From: an uncultured bacterium
GTDB lineage: Bacteria > UBA8481
Assembly: GCA_964499705.1 (NCBI GenBank)
Contig: CAZCME010000002.1
Span: 248,001-312,000, forward strand
Direction: 5' to 3'
Length of the DNA: 64,000 bases
Part shown: piece by piece, positions 9,823 to 19,425 of the stretch
Layout of the letters: each line of letters opens with the position of its first letter
Position numbering within the stretch: position 1 is the stretch's first letter
Position numbers and translations under genes: made by a program
Notes under the pieces: generated by a model
The model's input: the letters and a program-made list of their open reading frames with translations, nothing else
The model's database searches: none
What the model was told of the DNA's origin: nothing

Positions 9823-10334
9823 AACGTCACGATGGAGCCGTAGAGGATCGAGCCCATGCGGAGCTCGACGGCCACTCCCGCCGGCGCGCCCTTAGACTGC
9901 CATTCATCGGCCCAGGTCTTTCCGTCGTGATAGCGGAGCCCGAGCTGCGTCACGCCGGAGAGTCGCGCCGGTTCGGACGGATCGATCCGCGTCGGATCGG
10001 TCTCGCGCCGCCACAGCTTCTCGTCCTCCCAGTAGTATTCGATCTTCCTCGGCGCGCCGTAAGCGAGGGTCCAGATCACCATGCCCTTGGACTGGTCCGC
10101 TCCCATCGATAGGACGGCCGGCGTGTCCGTCCATCGGCACGCGGATACCAGCTCGCGGGTGAACCGATCCATCACGGTTCGGGCCACGCGATCGTCCGAA
10201 CTCGACGCGGACGCGGAGTTCTGCACGGTCACGAGCGCGTGAAAGGTGGAGCTCATTGCGGCGAGGATGAGCGACGCGATGGTGAGCGCGATGAGGATTT
10301 CCACGAGCGTGAATCCCGCTGTGTGTCTCCTCAC
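9819..10334 (-). CDS. gspJ: Type II secretion minor pseudopilin GspJ
   Basis: GTG start overlapping gspI stop; GFTLVEILIAL; LRYHDGKTWADEW...PAGVAVEL. Confidence 0.8.
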   Translation of the reverse strand: MRRHTAGFTLVEILIALTIASLILAAMSSTFHALVTVQNSASASSSDDRVARTVMDRFTRELVSACRWTDTPAVLSMGADQSKGMVIWTLAYGAPRKIEYYWEDEKLWRRETDPTRIDPSEPARLSGVTQLGLRYHDGKTWADEWQSKGAPAGVAVELRMGSILYGSIVTL

Positions 10335-10687
10335 CGGTACACCATCCGGTCGGTCAGTGTGCGGCCGCTCGGAGCCGTGACCGTCATGACGATCTCCTTC
10401 ATCTTCGTGAGACCGCCCTGGCCGGTCTCGAGAGGAGAGATCGCGATGGACCACTTGTAGTCCGGATGCGTGTCGAAGGAGCCGGAAGTCCGGTCCGTCG
10501 GTCCGCGCAATTGGAGGTCGCCGGAGAGCGCGCGCATCAGGAGGATGAGCTGGGTCTCGTCGCGGTACCCGGCGAGGTGCGACGTCATGGACATGAGGGC
10601 TCCGATGATTGCGACGGAGACGACCGCGGTGATCGCGAGCGCGACGAGCGCCTCGACGAGCGTGAAGGCCGCGACGGATCGCCTCAT
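10331..10687 (-). CDS. gspI: Type II secretion minor pseudopilin GspI
   Basis: AFTLVEALVALAI methylation motif, 118 aa, gene order. Confidence 0.75.
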   Translation of the reverse strand: MRRSVAAFTLVEALVALAITAVVSVAIIGALMSMTSHLAGYRDETQLILLMRALSGDLQLRGPTDRTSGSFDTHPDYKWSIAISPLETGQGGLTKMKEIVMTVTAPSGRTLTDRMVYR

Positions 10688-11175
10688 CGTTCCAGGACCC
10701 CCGTGATCGGATTGGCGTTGGCGTGGATGAAATCGCCCACGCGGATGGAGAACGGCTCGATGGCGCCGTATCGATCCACACGGATTTCCGCGCGCCCCGA
10801 CACGATGTCGCGCCCGTCGCGTTCCGTCCGGATCGCGATCTTCGTCTTTTCCGGAAGTGAGGCCGTGGGGCTCTCGCCGATGCCCAGCGTTTTCCTGTCG
10901 AGCTCGATGACGATGGTCTGCGGCAGGCGCGTCGTCACCGCGAGATCCTGGGCCCGCTGGACGGCTCCGGAGATCATCCGGAATGCCCGCTCGTCCGCGT
11001 TTCCGCCGGCGATGGATTCGACGGAAGGCATGAGGAGCGCGGCGCCGATGCCGATGACGAGGAGAACGATGAGGAGTTCGACGAGAGTGAAACCTTTCGC
11101 GGCGGGACTATCCCCGCGCGTGCTGGAGACTTCGACGCCAGCGTCCCCGGCGCCAGCGCCCGCGCGCGTAACTAT
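10684..11175 (-). CDS. gspH: Type II secretion minor pseudopilin GspH (apparently non-canonical start)
   Basis: In-frame KGFTLVELLIVLLVIGIGAALLMP lies upstream of the track ATG at 11031. No ATG/GTG/TTG between in-frame TAA 11182-11184 and the motif. Confidence 0.7.
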   Translation of the reverse strand: MVTRAGAGAGDAGVEVSSTRGDSPAAKGFTLVELLIVLLVIGIGAALLMPSVESIAGGNADERAFRMISGAVQRAQDLAVTTRLPQTIVIELDRKTLGIGESPTASLPEKTKIAIRTERDGRDIVSGRAEIRVDRYGAIEPFSIRVGDFIHANANPITGVLER

Positions 11176-11588
11176 CTCCAGTTACCGACGTCGTCTTCCG
11201 TGCCGGTCACTCCGTCCGGTCCGCAGGACCAGAGATCGTAATCGGGATTCTTGTCTCCCGGGATGAGATACCGGAAATCGTTCTCCCACTGATCCTTCGG
11301 AAGCGTTCGCGTGTTTTCGAGATAGGGACCCTTGCCTTTTTCGGTCTTTTCGAGCAGTGCGGCAAGCCCCTGGTCCATGGTGGGGAATTTTCCATTGTCC
11401 ATGTTGTAGGCGCGAAGCGCGGTCTCCAGGGCGGCGATCTGCGCCGACGTGGCCGTGACGCGCGCTTCCTCGGTCTTGCCGAAGAAGCGCGGCAGGACGA
11501 ACGAAGCGAGGATCCCGATGATGACGACGACGATGAGGATTTCGGCCAGCGTGAAACCGCCATCATGATTTCGGAAACGCAATGTCAT
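11172..11588 (-). CDS. gspG: Type II secretion major pseudopilin GspG
   Basis: GFTLAEILIVVVIIGILASFVLP, ALRAYNMDNGKFPTMDQGLAAL, LPKDQW, YDLWSCGPDG; AAGGAG RBS upstream of ATG 11588. Confidence 0.95.
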   Translation of the reverse strand: MTLRFRNHDGGFTLAEILIVVVIIGILASFVLPRFFGKTEEARVTATSAQIAALETALRAYNMDNGKFPTMDQGLAALLEKTEKGKGPYLENTRTLPKDQWENDFRYLIPGDKNPDYDLWSCGPDGVTGTEDDVGNWR

Positions 11589-11628
11589 ATAAGATGCTCC
11601 TTGGTCAAACACGTATCAGAGGGCAAGC

Positions 11629-11669
11629 CTAAATCAGAAATGTGAATTGTGAAATGTGAATTGTGAAAT
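11629..11669. repeat. Tandem heptamer repeat GAA(A/T)TGT x4-5
   Basis: CTAAATCA GAAATGT GAATTGT GAAATGT GAATTGT GAAAT. Confidence 0.85.
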
Positions 11670-11676
11670 CGGATTC

Positions 11677-12495
11677 TCATTTCCGCCCCGACCGGCCTCC
11701 CAGATCGGGCTTCTTCCCCAGGACATCCATTTCCCATCGACGAGCCGCCCTCATCCACGTGGCGAAGGCCGCTGACCCGGCGATGACAAATCCATGGACC
11801 CCGTCCTTCCATCCCTGCATGAAGACCAGTTTCCTGATGAAAACGAGCGCCGGCGAGAGCGTCAGCTCGCGCAGCAACCGGGCACCCTTCAGCGATTCGC
11901 CGCGCCGCTCGGATTCGACGGCTTCACACCCTGAAAAGTGAAGGACCTTGCGCCCCCAGTCAGCGAGGTCGGTGTAAGAGAAGTGATCGAGCGGCTCATT
12001 GAGCGAGCCGCATGCGCCGTGCGGGTCCGGCACGCGGTGCACTTCCATCGGCCACTCGGTGTGCCCCTTCTTCCAGAGCCGGACGACGTATCCGGGCCAC
12101 CATCCGGAATGCCGGATCCATTTCCCGAGAAACCATGTGCGTCGCGCGACCCGGTAGCAGGGGAACCGCGAAGTGGCGATCGTGGCTTTGATCTCCGCCG
12201 CAAGATCGGCGGAAACGACTTCATCCGCATCGATGGAGAGGATCCATTCCCCCTTCGCTTCGGAAGCCGCCAGGTTCTTGTTGAAGTGGATGCCCCGCTC
12301 GGAACTGGAATGTCGGATGACACGCGCGCCCGCGGCCTCGGCGATCTCGATCGTCCGGTCCGTGGAACCGCCGTCGACGAGCACGAGCTCGTCGCAGAAT
12401 TTCAGCGCCTCCAGCGTGCGACCGATGATGTGCTCCTCGTTCTCGGCGATGACGGCCGCGGAAAGATGGATTAGGGACGGGGAGCTATTGCCCAT
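11677..12495 (-). CDS. Glycosyltransferase family 2 (WaaE/KdtX-like)
   Basis: LSAAVIAENEE, VDGGSTDRT, WILSIDADE, WFLGKWIRHSGWWP, EVH, GWKDGVHGFVIA. Confidence 0.9.
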   Translation of the reverse strand: MGNSSPSLIHLSAAVIAENEEHIIGRTLEALKFCDELVLVDGGSTDRTIEIAEAAGARVIRHSSSERGIHFNKNLAASEAKGEWILSIDADEVVSADLAAEIKATIATSRFPCYRVARRTWFLGKWIRHSGWWPGYVVRLWKKGHTEWPMEVHRVPDPHGACGSLNEPLDHFSYTDLADWGRKVLHFSGCEAVESERRGESLKGARLLRELTLSPALVFIRKLVFMQGWKDGVHGFVIAGSAAFATWMRAARRWEMDVLGKKPDLGGRSGRK

Positions 12496-12958
12496 CCAGC
12501 TGCCTCAGGTTGGCCCGGGCGGGAATATGGTCGGGATTGAGAAGCAGCGCCGTCCGGTAGCTCGCCGAAGCGCGCGCGCGATCGTTCATCAGGTGATATG
12601 TGAGCCCGAGATAGAAGTGCCCCTGCGCTTCAAGAGGGTGCTGGTCGATATACGACTGGAAGACCTCGATGGCTCTCTCCGGCTTGCCTTGCCGGATGCG
12701 GGCTGCGCCCAGCATGATCATGCCGGCCGTATCGTGGGGATATGCCTTCCAGACCATATAGGCCGATTCCTCCGCGCGGGCATAGTCCTTCGATTCGAAA
12801 GCCCGGAGCGCGGATTTCAACGCGGGGCCGCGATGAACGACGATGACCGGCTTTGTCTCCGATCCCGATGCGGCCGAAGTATCGTAATGCACGGCCGAAT
12901 CAGGAGAAGCCATGTTAAGGAAAGTGGCGAGCAAAAACCATGCGAAAAGGTCGGGCAT
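12485..12958 (-). CDS. TPR-containing protein, possibly exported
   Basis: Hydrophobic N-terminus; TPR patterns (GHFYLGLTY, YRTALLLNPDHIPARANL). Confidence 0.8.
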   Translation of the reverse strand: MPDLFAWFLLATFLNMASPDSAVHYDTSAASGSETKPVIVVHRGPALKSALRAFESKDYARAEESAYMVWKAYPHDTAGMIMLGAARIRQGKPERAIEVFQSYIDQHPLEAQGHFYLGLTYHLMNDRARASASYRTALLLNPDHIPARANLRQLDGQ

Positions 12959-13089
12959 TGATCTTGTACGACATCCTAAAGGTCGTGGGGAGAATCCTCA
13001 AGGGCATCTTTAAAATCCCAACTCCCAATCTCAACATTGTCCTCCGCAGGAAGAAATAGGATTTCGGATTTAGGATTATATGGGGCCGC

Positions 13090-15261
13090 TCAGTCATACC
13101 TTTCCGATACTTTTTCTTTCGTCCACCAGGGGAGGACTTCGAGGTCGAGGACGCCGGGCGGGGACGTAAGCGGACTGTTCCAGCGCATCTTCTGGAGGTA
13201 GAGATCCAGCGAGGCCCGGTAATGTCCCGGTACGAGGGGTGCCAATCCGTGTATGAGAACACTCGTCGATTCCCCGGGCGTGAGATCGCGTGTCAGCATT
13301 CCTCCTGCGGAGAGCGTCCGGCCGATCAGGTTCAGCGGCGTGTCCGGTGCCGGATGCTCCATCCACGTTCTGATCGCGATGACGGGATCGCCTGTCGGCC
13401 CCATGCCAAAGGCCGCGCCGCGCGCGCACCAGGTCTCCGTGCCCGTGTTCGTGACAACAATATAGAATTCATACTCCGCGCCGGCACGCGCCTTGATCGT
13501 CTCGATTCGGTCGATGGAGATGCTCAACGTTTCCGTAGAGGCGGACAGATGCGGATGGTTCTCTTCGAAGAGCCGTTCCTGCAGCTCCGCCGGATGCCGG
13601 GGCACGGTCATGGCTGAATCGACGGCGAAAACGCGATATCCACCCCGGGAAGCGAAGACCTCCTTCAACCCCGCCGCCCTGCAGTCTCCGGCGGCTGTGT
13701 CGTCCCGCGCCACGGCGTATCCGATTCCGAGGGCGCGAAGAATGACCGGTGTGGATCGAGACCAGGGATGAGCCACGTGCGCGGCGATCGATTGATGCCA
13801 GTACATCGGCGTGGCCATCGTGCCGTTCGGTGTACGCCTGCCGTGCGTCAGGGCGGGATAGAGCGACGCGATTTCAAGGAGATCGCGTCGCGGATCGATC
13901 ATGGATCCCATCGGCAGGTCGATGACGGCGAAGTCGCCCTCCTGTCGGGCGACCCAGGCGTATGACTCATCCTGGAAGCGGTCAGGCAGAATGGTGATCG
14001 CGTTCATGCCGGCGCGTGATTCGAGGAACGCCATGAGGACGAGCACGCCCGCGAGCACCCTGCCCTTCCACAATCGATTGCCGTCGCGGGTCGCCAGGTG
14101 CGTTACCGCCATCGCTCCGGCGCATCCGATCACGAGATGCGCCAGAATGCCCATGCGCGCCGCCGCGCGGATGGCTCTCAATGGAAAGAGGAAGTCGAAG
14201 AGGATTTCGTAGGGTGTCGGAAAGGGAAAAAAGGGAAGACCGAGCCGCCAGAAGAGAAAGCGCATGGATCCGAAGGACAGGAGGAGCCCGAGGATGCCGA
14301 CGAGGACTACTTCAGGAGAGCGCCTGCGGAGTCGAGAGAAGCCGAGCATGGCCAGGGCAAGCGTGATGAATCCGGGGAAGAGCCTGGAGTCCGGATTCGT
14401 CTTCGTGGGGTAGCCGAACGGAGGCAGGAACTGGCCGGTGGGGCCCGTCAGCCAGATGCGCCAGTCCGCCGAAAGAAAGTGCACTTCATCGATCGTGCGC
14501 GAAACACCCAGTTCCTTGAAAAATGTGAAGTAGTGGACAGCAATCGGAGCAAGGCAGATGGCGCAGACGGAGGCCGCGATGAGGAAGGGGAGAACGGCGA
14601 TTGTCCAGGAAATGCCCCGCCGTCTGGCGCCGTAGGCGATTACGATGGGAAACACGAGCCAGAGCGGAACAGCGACGTAGGAATATTCGATCGACGCCAG
14701 CGCCATCATGAGTCCGAAGATCGTCGCCCGGCCGCGCGTCGGTCGATCCAGGAAGTGAACGAAGGCGGCCACCATCAGCGGCAGGAATGCTACCATGGTA
14801 ACTTCGACGTGTATGACATGCGCGGCTCGGAAGCTGCCGAATCCGAAGAGCATCATCATCGCCGCTCCACCCCATGGCGAACCCGTCAGCACCCGTCCCG
14901 CGTACCAGGACGCCAGGGCCGTCGTGAAGAGAGCGATACAGAGAGTGACGCCCCAGGCGGTGACCGGGGGCAGAGTTCGAAACAGGGGAATGGACCAGAA
15001 TCCCTCCGTCAGACGAGGGTCGCTGGCCACGTGCGCATTCGCGACAGGGAGAAGAATGGGCCCGTCGTAGAACCGGTCGGGATGGTGGGCTCCCCAGGAG
15101 AGCAGATAGACCCACATCGACGCGTCGAGCTTTGCGAAATACTGATCGCCCGGCGCATAGGGTCCTGGGATGGACCGCTCGTTGGGAAGCCACGGCGCGA
15201 CGAAGAGGATCGTCGCCAGGAGCGCGAGGACGACAGGCAGGAGGACCTTTCTCAGGATCAT
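13090..15261 (-). CDS. Polytopic membrane protein (YfhO/GT-C-like) with C-terminal Ig-like domain
   Basis: Many TM helices, LFPG, IRAAAR, VIDLPM, HGRRTPNG; C-terminal VTNTGTETW...DLTPGES...PGHYRASLDL (NBR1-type Ig-like). Confidence 0.65.
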   Translation of the reverse strand: MILRKVLLPVVLALLATILFVAPWLPNERSIPGPYAPGDQYFAKLDASMWVYLLSWGAHHPDRFYDGPILLPVANAHVASDPRLTEGFWSIPLFRTLPPVTAWGVTLCIALFTTALASWYAGRVLTGSPWGGAAMMMLFGFGSFRAAHVIHVEVTMVAFLPLMVAAFVHFLDRPTRGRATIFGLMMALASIEYSYVAVPLWLVFPIVIAYGARRRGISWTIAVLPFLIAASVCAICLAPIAVHYFTFFKELGVSRTIDEVHFLSADWRIWLTGPTGQFLPPFGYPTKTNPDSRLFPGFITLALAMLGFSRLRRRSPEVVLVGILGLLLSFGSMRFLFWRLGLPFFPFPTPYEILFDFLFPLRAIRAAARMGILAHLVIGCAGAMAVTHLATRDGNRLWKGRVLAGVLVLMAFLESRAGMNAITILPDRFQDESYAWVARQEGDFAVIDLPMGSMIDPRRDLLEIASLYPALTHGRRTPNGTMATPMYWHQSIAAHVAHPWSRSTPVILRALGIGYAVARDDTAAGDCRAAGLKEVFASRGGYRVFAVDSAMTVPRHPAELQERLFEENHPHLSASTETLSISIDRIETIKARAGAEYEFYIVVTNTGTETWCARGAAFGMGPTGDPVIAIRTWMEHPAPDTPLNLIGRTLSAGGMLTRDLTPGESTSVLIHGLAPLVPGHYRASLDLYLQKMRWNSPLTSPPGVLDLEVLPWWTKEKVSERYD

Positions 15262-15306
15262 TGTTCATCAGTCATTGTTCAGTCGCCATTCGCCCTTGAA
15301 CAATGA
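15258..15306. repeat. Heptamer-phased direct and inverted repeat (TCATTGTTCA x2 / TGAACAATGA)
   Basis: TCATTGTTCA at 15258 and 15272; reverse complement at 15297. Confidence 0.7.
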
Positions 15307-15312
15307 GGACTT

Positions 15313-17271
15313 TCACTTCAGCGCCTTGATCCGATCGCGCAGATACGCCGCGCGCTCGAAGTCCAGCACCTCCGCGGCCGCGTCCATCTCCTTCGTCAGC
15401 GTCTCGACGAGCAGCAACCGTGCTTCCTTCGGCATCGCTTTCGCCTCGGCGGCGGAGAAGAGCTCCTTCTCGAACGGATCGAGCTCGAAGATGTCGTAGA
15501 AGTCGAGCGACTTCACGATCGTCTCGGGCGTGATACCCATCTTTTCGTTGTACGCCAGCTGCGTATCCCGCCGCCGTGTCGTCTCGTCGACGGCGCGCTT
15601 CATCGAACCTGTGACCGTGTCGGCATAGAGGATGACGCGGCCGGTCTTGTGCCGGGCCGCGCGTCCCATTGTCTGGATGAGGCTTGTTTCGGACCGGAGA
15701 AAACCTTCACGGTCGGCGTCGAGGATCGCGACGAGAGAGACCTCCGGAAGATCGAGGCCTTCGCGGAGCAGGTTGATTCCGACGAGGACTTCCGTTTTGC
15801 CTGAACGGAGATCCTTCAGCTTCTCGATCCGGTCGAACGTCTTGATCTCCGAATGAAGATAGTTCACCTTGATGCCCGCGGCCTCCAGGTAATCCGTCAG
15901 CTCCTCGGCGGTCCGCTTCGTGAGCGTGGTGACGAGCGCGCGCTCGCCCCGCGCCGTTATGATCTTCAACTCCTCCGCGAGGTTCTGCACCTGCCGGGCC
16001 GCGGGACGGATCTCGATCATCGGATCCACGAGACCCGTCGGCCGGATGAGCTGCTCCACGATGCGCTTCGACATCTTTCGTTCGGCGTCACCCGGCGTCG
16101 CGGAGACGAAGACGATCGGCTTCACGCGCTGGAAGAATTCGTCGCCCTTCAGGGGACGATTGTCCAGCGCGCTCGGCAGGCGGAATCCGAAATTGACAAG
16201 GGTTTCCTTCCTGGCGCGATCGCCGTTGTACATGCCGCGGATCTGGCCCAGCGCGACGTGCGATTCGTCGATGAACGTCAGGTGATTTTCAGGGAAATAG
16301 TCGAGCAGGGTGTACGGAGGCTCGCCCTCCGCGCGGCCGGTCAGGTGTCGGGAGTAGTTTTCGATTCCGGAGCAGTAACCCAGCTCGCGGATCATCTCCA
16401 GGTCGAAGTTGGTCCTCTGGAGGATGCGTTCCGCCTCCAGGATACGGCCGGAGTCTTTCAGAAATTTGTACCGGGTTCCGAGTTCCTGTTCGATTCTCAA
16501 TAGCGCCGCGCGGATCGATTCCTCCGACTGGACGAAGTGTTTCGCCGGATAGATCGAGAGCTCCGAGAATTCCTTCGTGACGCTACCGGTCAGGGGATTG
16601 ATCTCGTAAAGGCCCTCGATCTCGTCGCCGAAAAAGGCGATCCTGTAGGCGTCCTCGCGGTAGGAGGAATGGATGTCGAGCGTGTCGCCGCGGAGGCGCA
16701 TCGTGCCGCGCGAGAGGTCCTCGCCTCGCGTATATTGCATCTCCACGAGCTTCTTCATCACCTTCTTCCGCGACGCGGTCTCCCCGCGCCGCAACGTCAC
16801 CGTCATCTTCTGGTATTCGCTCGGCGCGCCCAGGCCGTAGATGCAGGAGATCGACGCGACGACGATGACGTCCTGTCTTGTCAGGAGGGACGTCGTGGCG
16901 GCCAGGCGCAGGCGATCGATCCGCTCGTTGATGGCCGAGTCCTTGTCGATAAAGGTGTCCGTCTGCGGGATGTAGGCTTCCGGCTGGTAGTAGTCGTAAT
17001 AGCTGACGAAGTATTCGACGGCGTTATCGGGGAAGAACGCGCGGAATTCCGCGAAGAGCTGCGCCGCGAGCGTCTTGTTCGGCGAAAGGATGAGCGTGGG
17101 GCGTTCGAGCCTGGCGATGACGTTCGCCATCGTGAAGGTCTTTCCGCTTCCCGTGACGCCGAGAAGCGTCAGACGGTCAGCGCCTCCCGCGAGCTCGGCG
17201 TTGAGCGCCTCGATCGCTACCGCCTGGTCGCCGGCGGGGGAGTAATTCGCATGGAGCTTGAAGAGTGGCAT
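15313..17271 (-). CDS. uvrB: Excinuclease ABC subunit B
   Basis: [42 protein letters not shown]-terminal UVR domain ([12 protein letters not shown]). Confidence 0.99.
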   Translation of the reverse strand: MPLFKLHANYSPAGDQAVAIEALNAELAGGADRLTLLGVTGSGKTFTMANVIARLERPTLILSPNKTLAAQLFAEFRAFFPDNAVEYFVSYYDYYQPEAYIPQTDTFIDKDSAINERIDRLRLAATTSLLTRQDVIVVASISCIYGLGAPSEYQKMTVTLRRGETASRKKVMKKLVEMQYTRGEDLSRGTMRLRGDTLDIHSSYREDAYRIAFFGDEIEGLYEINPLTGSVTKEFSELSIYPAKHFVQSEESIRAALLRIEQELGTRYKFLKDSGRILEAERILQRTNFDLEMIRELGYCSGIENYSRHLTGRAEGEPPYTLLDYFPENHLTFIDESHVALGQIRGMYNGDRARKETLVNFGFRLPSALDNRPLKGDEFFQRVKPIVFVSATPGDAERKMSKRIVEQLIRPTGLVDPMIEIRPAARQVQNLAEELKIITARGERALVTTLTKRTAEELTDYLEAAGIKVNYLHSEIKTFDRIEKLKDLRSGKTEVLVGINLLREGLDLPEVSLVAILDADREGFLRSETSLIQTMGRAARHKTGRVILYADTVTGSMKRAVDETTRRRDTQLAYNEKMGITPETIVKSLDFYDIFELDPFEKELFSAAEAKAMPKEARLLLVETLTKEMDAAAEVLDFERAAYLRDRIKALK

Positions 17272-17280
17272 GGGAAGATT

Positions 17281-17325
17281 GATTTCACATTTCCGATTTA
17301 GACAAGAAATGTGAAATGTGAAATC
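17281..17325. repeat. Heptamer repeat hairpin GATTTCACATTTC / GAAATGTGAAATC
   Basis: 13-bp inverted repeat built from the same GAAATGT heptamer as 11637. Confidence 0.8.
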
Positions 17326-17331
17326 GCCGCG

Positions 17332-18006
17332 CTAGTCATTGTTCCTCGGTTTAACCCGGCGGAAGGGATGCACCCAGTGCGCGAAGGGCTGCACGGCTCT
17401 CGACTGCACCCAGACCCTGCCGCGTCCGGCGAATCGGCAGACGAGGAACTCACCGGAGAGAATCGTCGCGCGCCAGTTGCCGAGCCGCTGGACGGAATAC
17501 GTGAGCGACGGTTCGAACGCGACGATGTGGCCGGTGTCGACGATGTATTCCCCGTCGACGACTACTTCCTGGATGGCGCCGTACGAGGCCAGGAGGAGCT
17601 GCCCCGCGCCCGCGGCCTGAAGAAGGAAGAATCCTTCGCCGGAGAAGAATCCTTTCAGTCCGGCCCATTTGGTATCGAGCTTTATGGCGGGATCGGACGC
17701 GAGAAAGCTTCCCTGCTGGATGATGAGCTCGCCGGACAGGGGAAGGGAGAGAACATCGCCGGGAGCGGAAGGCGCGAGATGCACGGTTCCGCCTGTCGTC
17801 GTGTGGAATCGGTTGACGAAGAAGCTCTCGCCGCCGAGGATCGATCTTTTCGCCGCCGCGAAGATGCCGCCGCGCGTCCCGGTCTCGATCTCGATGCCGG
17901 CCGTTTTCGCCATCATCGCGCCCGACTCCGCGACGATCGCCTCGCCCGAGCCGAGCTCGACGCGCGCCATGGAGAAATCCGGGCGGCCCTGGATCGCGAT
18001 CTTCAT
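17332..18006 (-). CDS. TIGR00266/AIM24 family protein (copy 3)
   Basis: AESGAM, GGESFFVNRF, FFSGEGFF, YIVDTGHIVAFEP, GRGRVWVQSR. Confidence 0.9.
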   Translation of the reverse strand: MKIAIQGRPDFSMARVELGSGEAIVAESGAMMAKTAGIEIETGTRGGIFAAAKRSILGGESFFVNRFHTTTGGTVHLAPSAPGDVLSLPLSGELIIQQGSFLASDPAIKLDTKWAGLKGFFSGEGFFLLQAAGAGQLLLASYGAIQEVVVDGEYIVDTGHIVAFEPSLTYSVQRLGNWRATILSGEFLVCRFAGRGRVWVQSRAVQPFAHWVHPFRRVKPRNND

Positions 18007-18690
18007 CTATTCGCGCGGCGGCAGCAGGCCGCCCAGCAATCGTCCGAAGGATTCCAGGTTCCGGGTCTGCGTGTACAGTTTTCCCCGTCCGGTGAACTTC
18101 GCGACAAGGCCTTCGCCGGAGAGGAAGGCTCCGATCCAGGAGGATCCGAACTTCGTGACCGTGTAATGAAGCGTCGGCTCGAAGGCGACTATATGTCCAG
18201 AATCGACGGTTAATTCTCCCTCCACATCGTGCGTCTCGATCGCTCCGAAGGCGTTGAAGAGAACGGTGCCTTTTCCGCGGGCGCGGAGCATGAAGAGCGA
18301 TTCTCCGGCAAAGAAGGACCGCGCTCCCTGCCATTCTCCGTCGAGCGTGATCTCGTCGTCGCAGCCCAGGAAGGAACCGGACTGGATGACGAGGTCGCCG
18401 TTCAAGGTGTGCTTCATGATGTCGCCGACGTGCGTCGGCGCGACGAGAATATGCCCGGCGGTGCGGGATGTGATTTTGTTGATATAGAAGAATTCGCCGG
18501 AGAGCATCGACTTCACCGCGCCGAGAATTCCTCCCCGACCGGCGCGCTTCACCTTCTCCGGCGTGACATCGATGCCGCCGCTCTTGGAGACCATGGAACC
18601 GGCTTCGATGACGAAGGATTCGCCGGGGGAGAGATTGACCTGCGCCATCGCGTACGCCGGCTGGTGCAGGATCTCGATCGCGACGCTCAT
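18007..18690 (-). CDS. TIGR00266/AIM24 family protein (copy 2)
   Basis: EAGSMV, FFAGESLF, VDSGHIVAFEP, SGEGLVAKFTGRGKLYTQTR. Confidence 0.9.
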   Translation of the reverse strand: MSVAIEILHQPAYAMAQVNLSPGESFVIEAGSMVSKSGGIDVTPEKVKRAGRGGILGAVKSMLSGEFFYINKITSRTAGHILVAPTHVGDIMKHTLNGDLVIQSGSFLGCDDEITLDGEWQGARSFFAGESLFMLRARGKGTVLFNAFGAIETHDVEGELTVDSGHIVAFEPTLHYTVTKFGSSWIGAFLSGEGLVAKFTGRGKLYTQTRNLESFGRLLGGLLPPRE

Positions 18691-19367
18691 GCCGGCAGCC
18701 AGGGAGTCAACCAGGAGACGAAGGCCGAGAGATTACGGGAGGAGACGAGAACTTTTCCGCTCCCGGAGAATTCGATGACGAGCCCTTCGCCGGATAGAAA
18801 GGTCGATTTCCATCCTCCGACACGCTTGATCTGGTAGGCAAGGCCCGGGTCCCACGCGACGAGGTGTCCCGTATCCAGCGTGAACGAACCATCGACGGAA
18901 ATTTCCGAGAGGGCGCCGAAACCCGTGACGAAGAGGTCGCCCGCGCCGGAGGCTTCGAGCATGAAGAGACCTGATCCGCCGAAGAGGGAAGAGCAGCCGC
19001 CGAAGACGGTGGAGAGCGAGATGCCGTCCGTGTGCGCGAGGAAGGCCCCCGCCGAGAGTCGCTTCGAACCGGAGAGTGGAATGTGGACGATGTCGCCGGG
19101 AAGCGTCGGCGCGAGCGCGACTTCCGAGGGAGCCGCGGCGGAAAACGTGGTGATGAACATCGACTCTTTGGAGATGATCTTCCCGAGCGCTCCGAGAATT
19201 CCTCCGTGCATCTTCGTCTCGGATGTGATGCCGGCGCCGTGCGAGATCATGGAGCCGGCTTCTGCGACGAGCGAACCGCCGGCGGAGAGCTTCGCGGTCA
19301 GCGAGGCGTACGAGGGCCTGTGCTTGATCTGCCAGGTAACGCCCCGGCTCTCTCCCTGGTCAGACAT
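18687..19367 (-). CDS. TIGR00266/AIM24 family protein (copy 1)
   Basis: AEAGSM, LAPTLPGDI, LDTGHLVAW, SGEGLVIEFSGSG. Confidence 0.9.
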   Translation of the reverse strand: MSDQGESRGVTWQIKHRPSYASLTAKLSAGGSLVAEAGSMISHGAGITSETKMHGGILGALGKIISKESMFITTFSAAAPSEVALAPTLPGDIVHIPLSGSKRLSAGAFLAHTDGISLSTVFGGCSSLFGGSGLFMLEASGAGDLFVTGFGALSEISVDGSFTLDTGHLVAWDPGLAYQIKRVGGWKSTFLSGEGLVIEFSGSGKVLVSSRNLSAFVSWLTPWLPA

Positions 19368-19379
19368 GGAAGGGCAAGT

Positions 19380-19425
19380 ATGAGGGATGAATCATGAAGG
19401 ATGAAGTGAAAACTTCTTCATCCTT
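19380..19425. repeat. ATGAAGG-type heptamer repeat with inverted copy (possible terminator of pulA)
   Basis: ATGAGGG ATGAATC ATGAAGG ATGAAGT; AAGGATGAAG 19397-19406 pairs with CTTCATCCTT 19416-19425. Confidence 0.65.

Noticed and set aside
12915-13097. Possible 60-aa basic ORF MTERPHIILNP...
   Set aside because: AT-rich intergenic composition, overlap with the TPR gene start, no motif.
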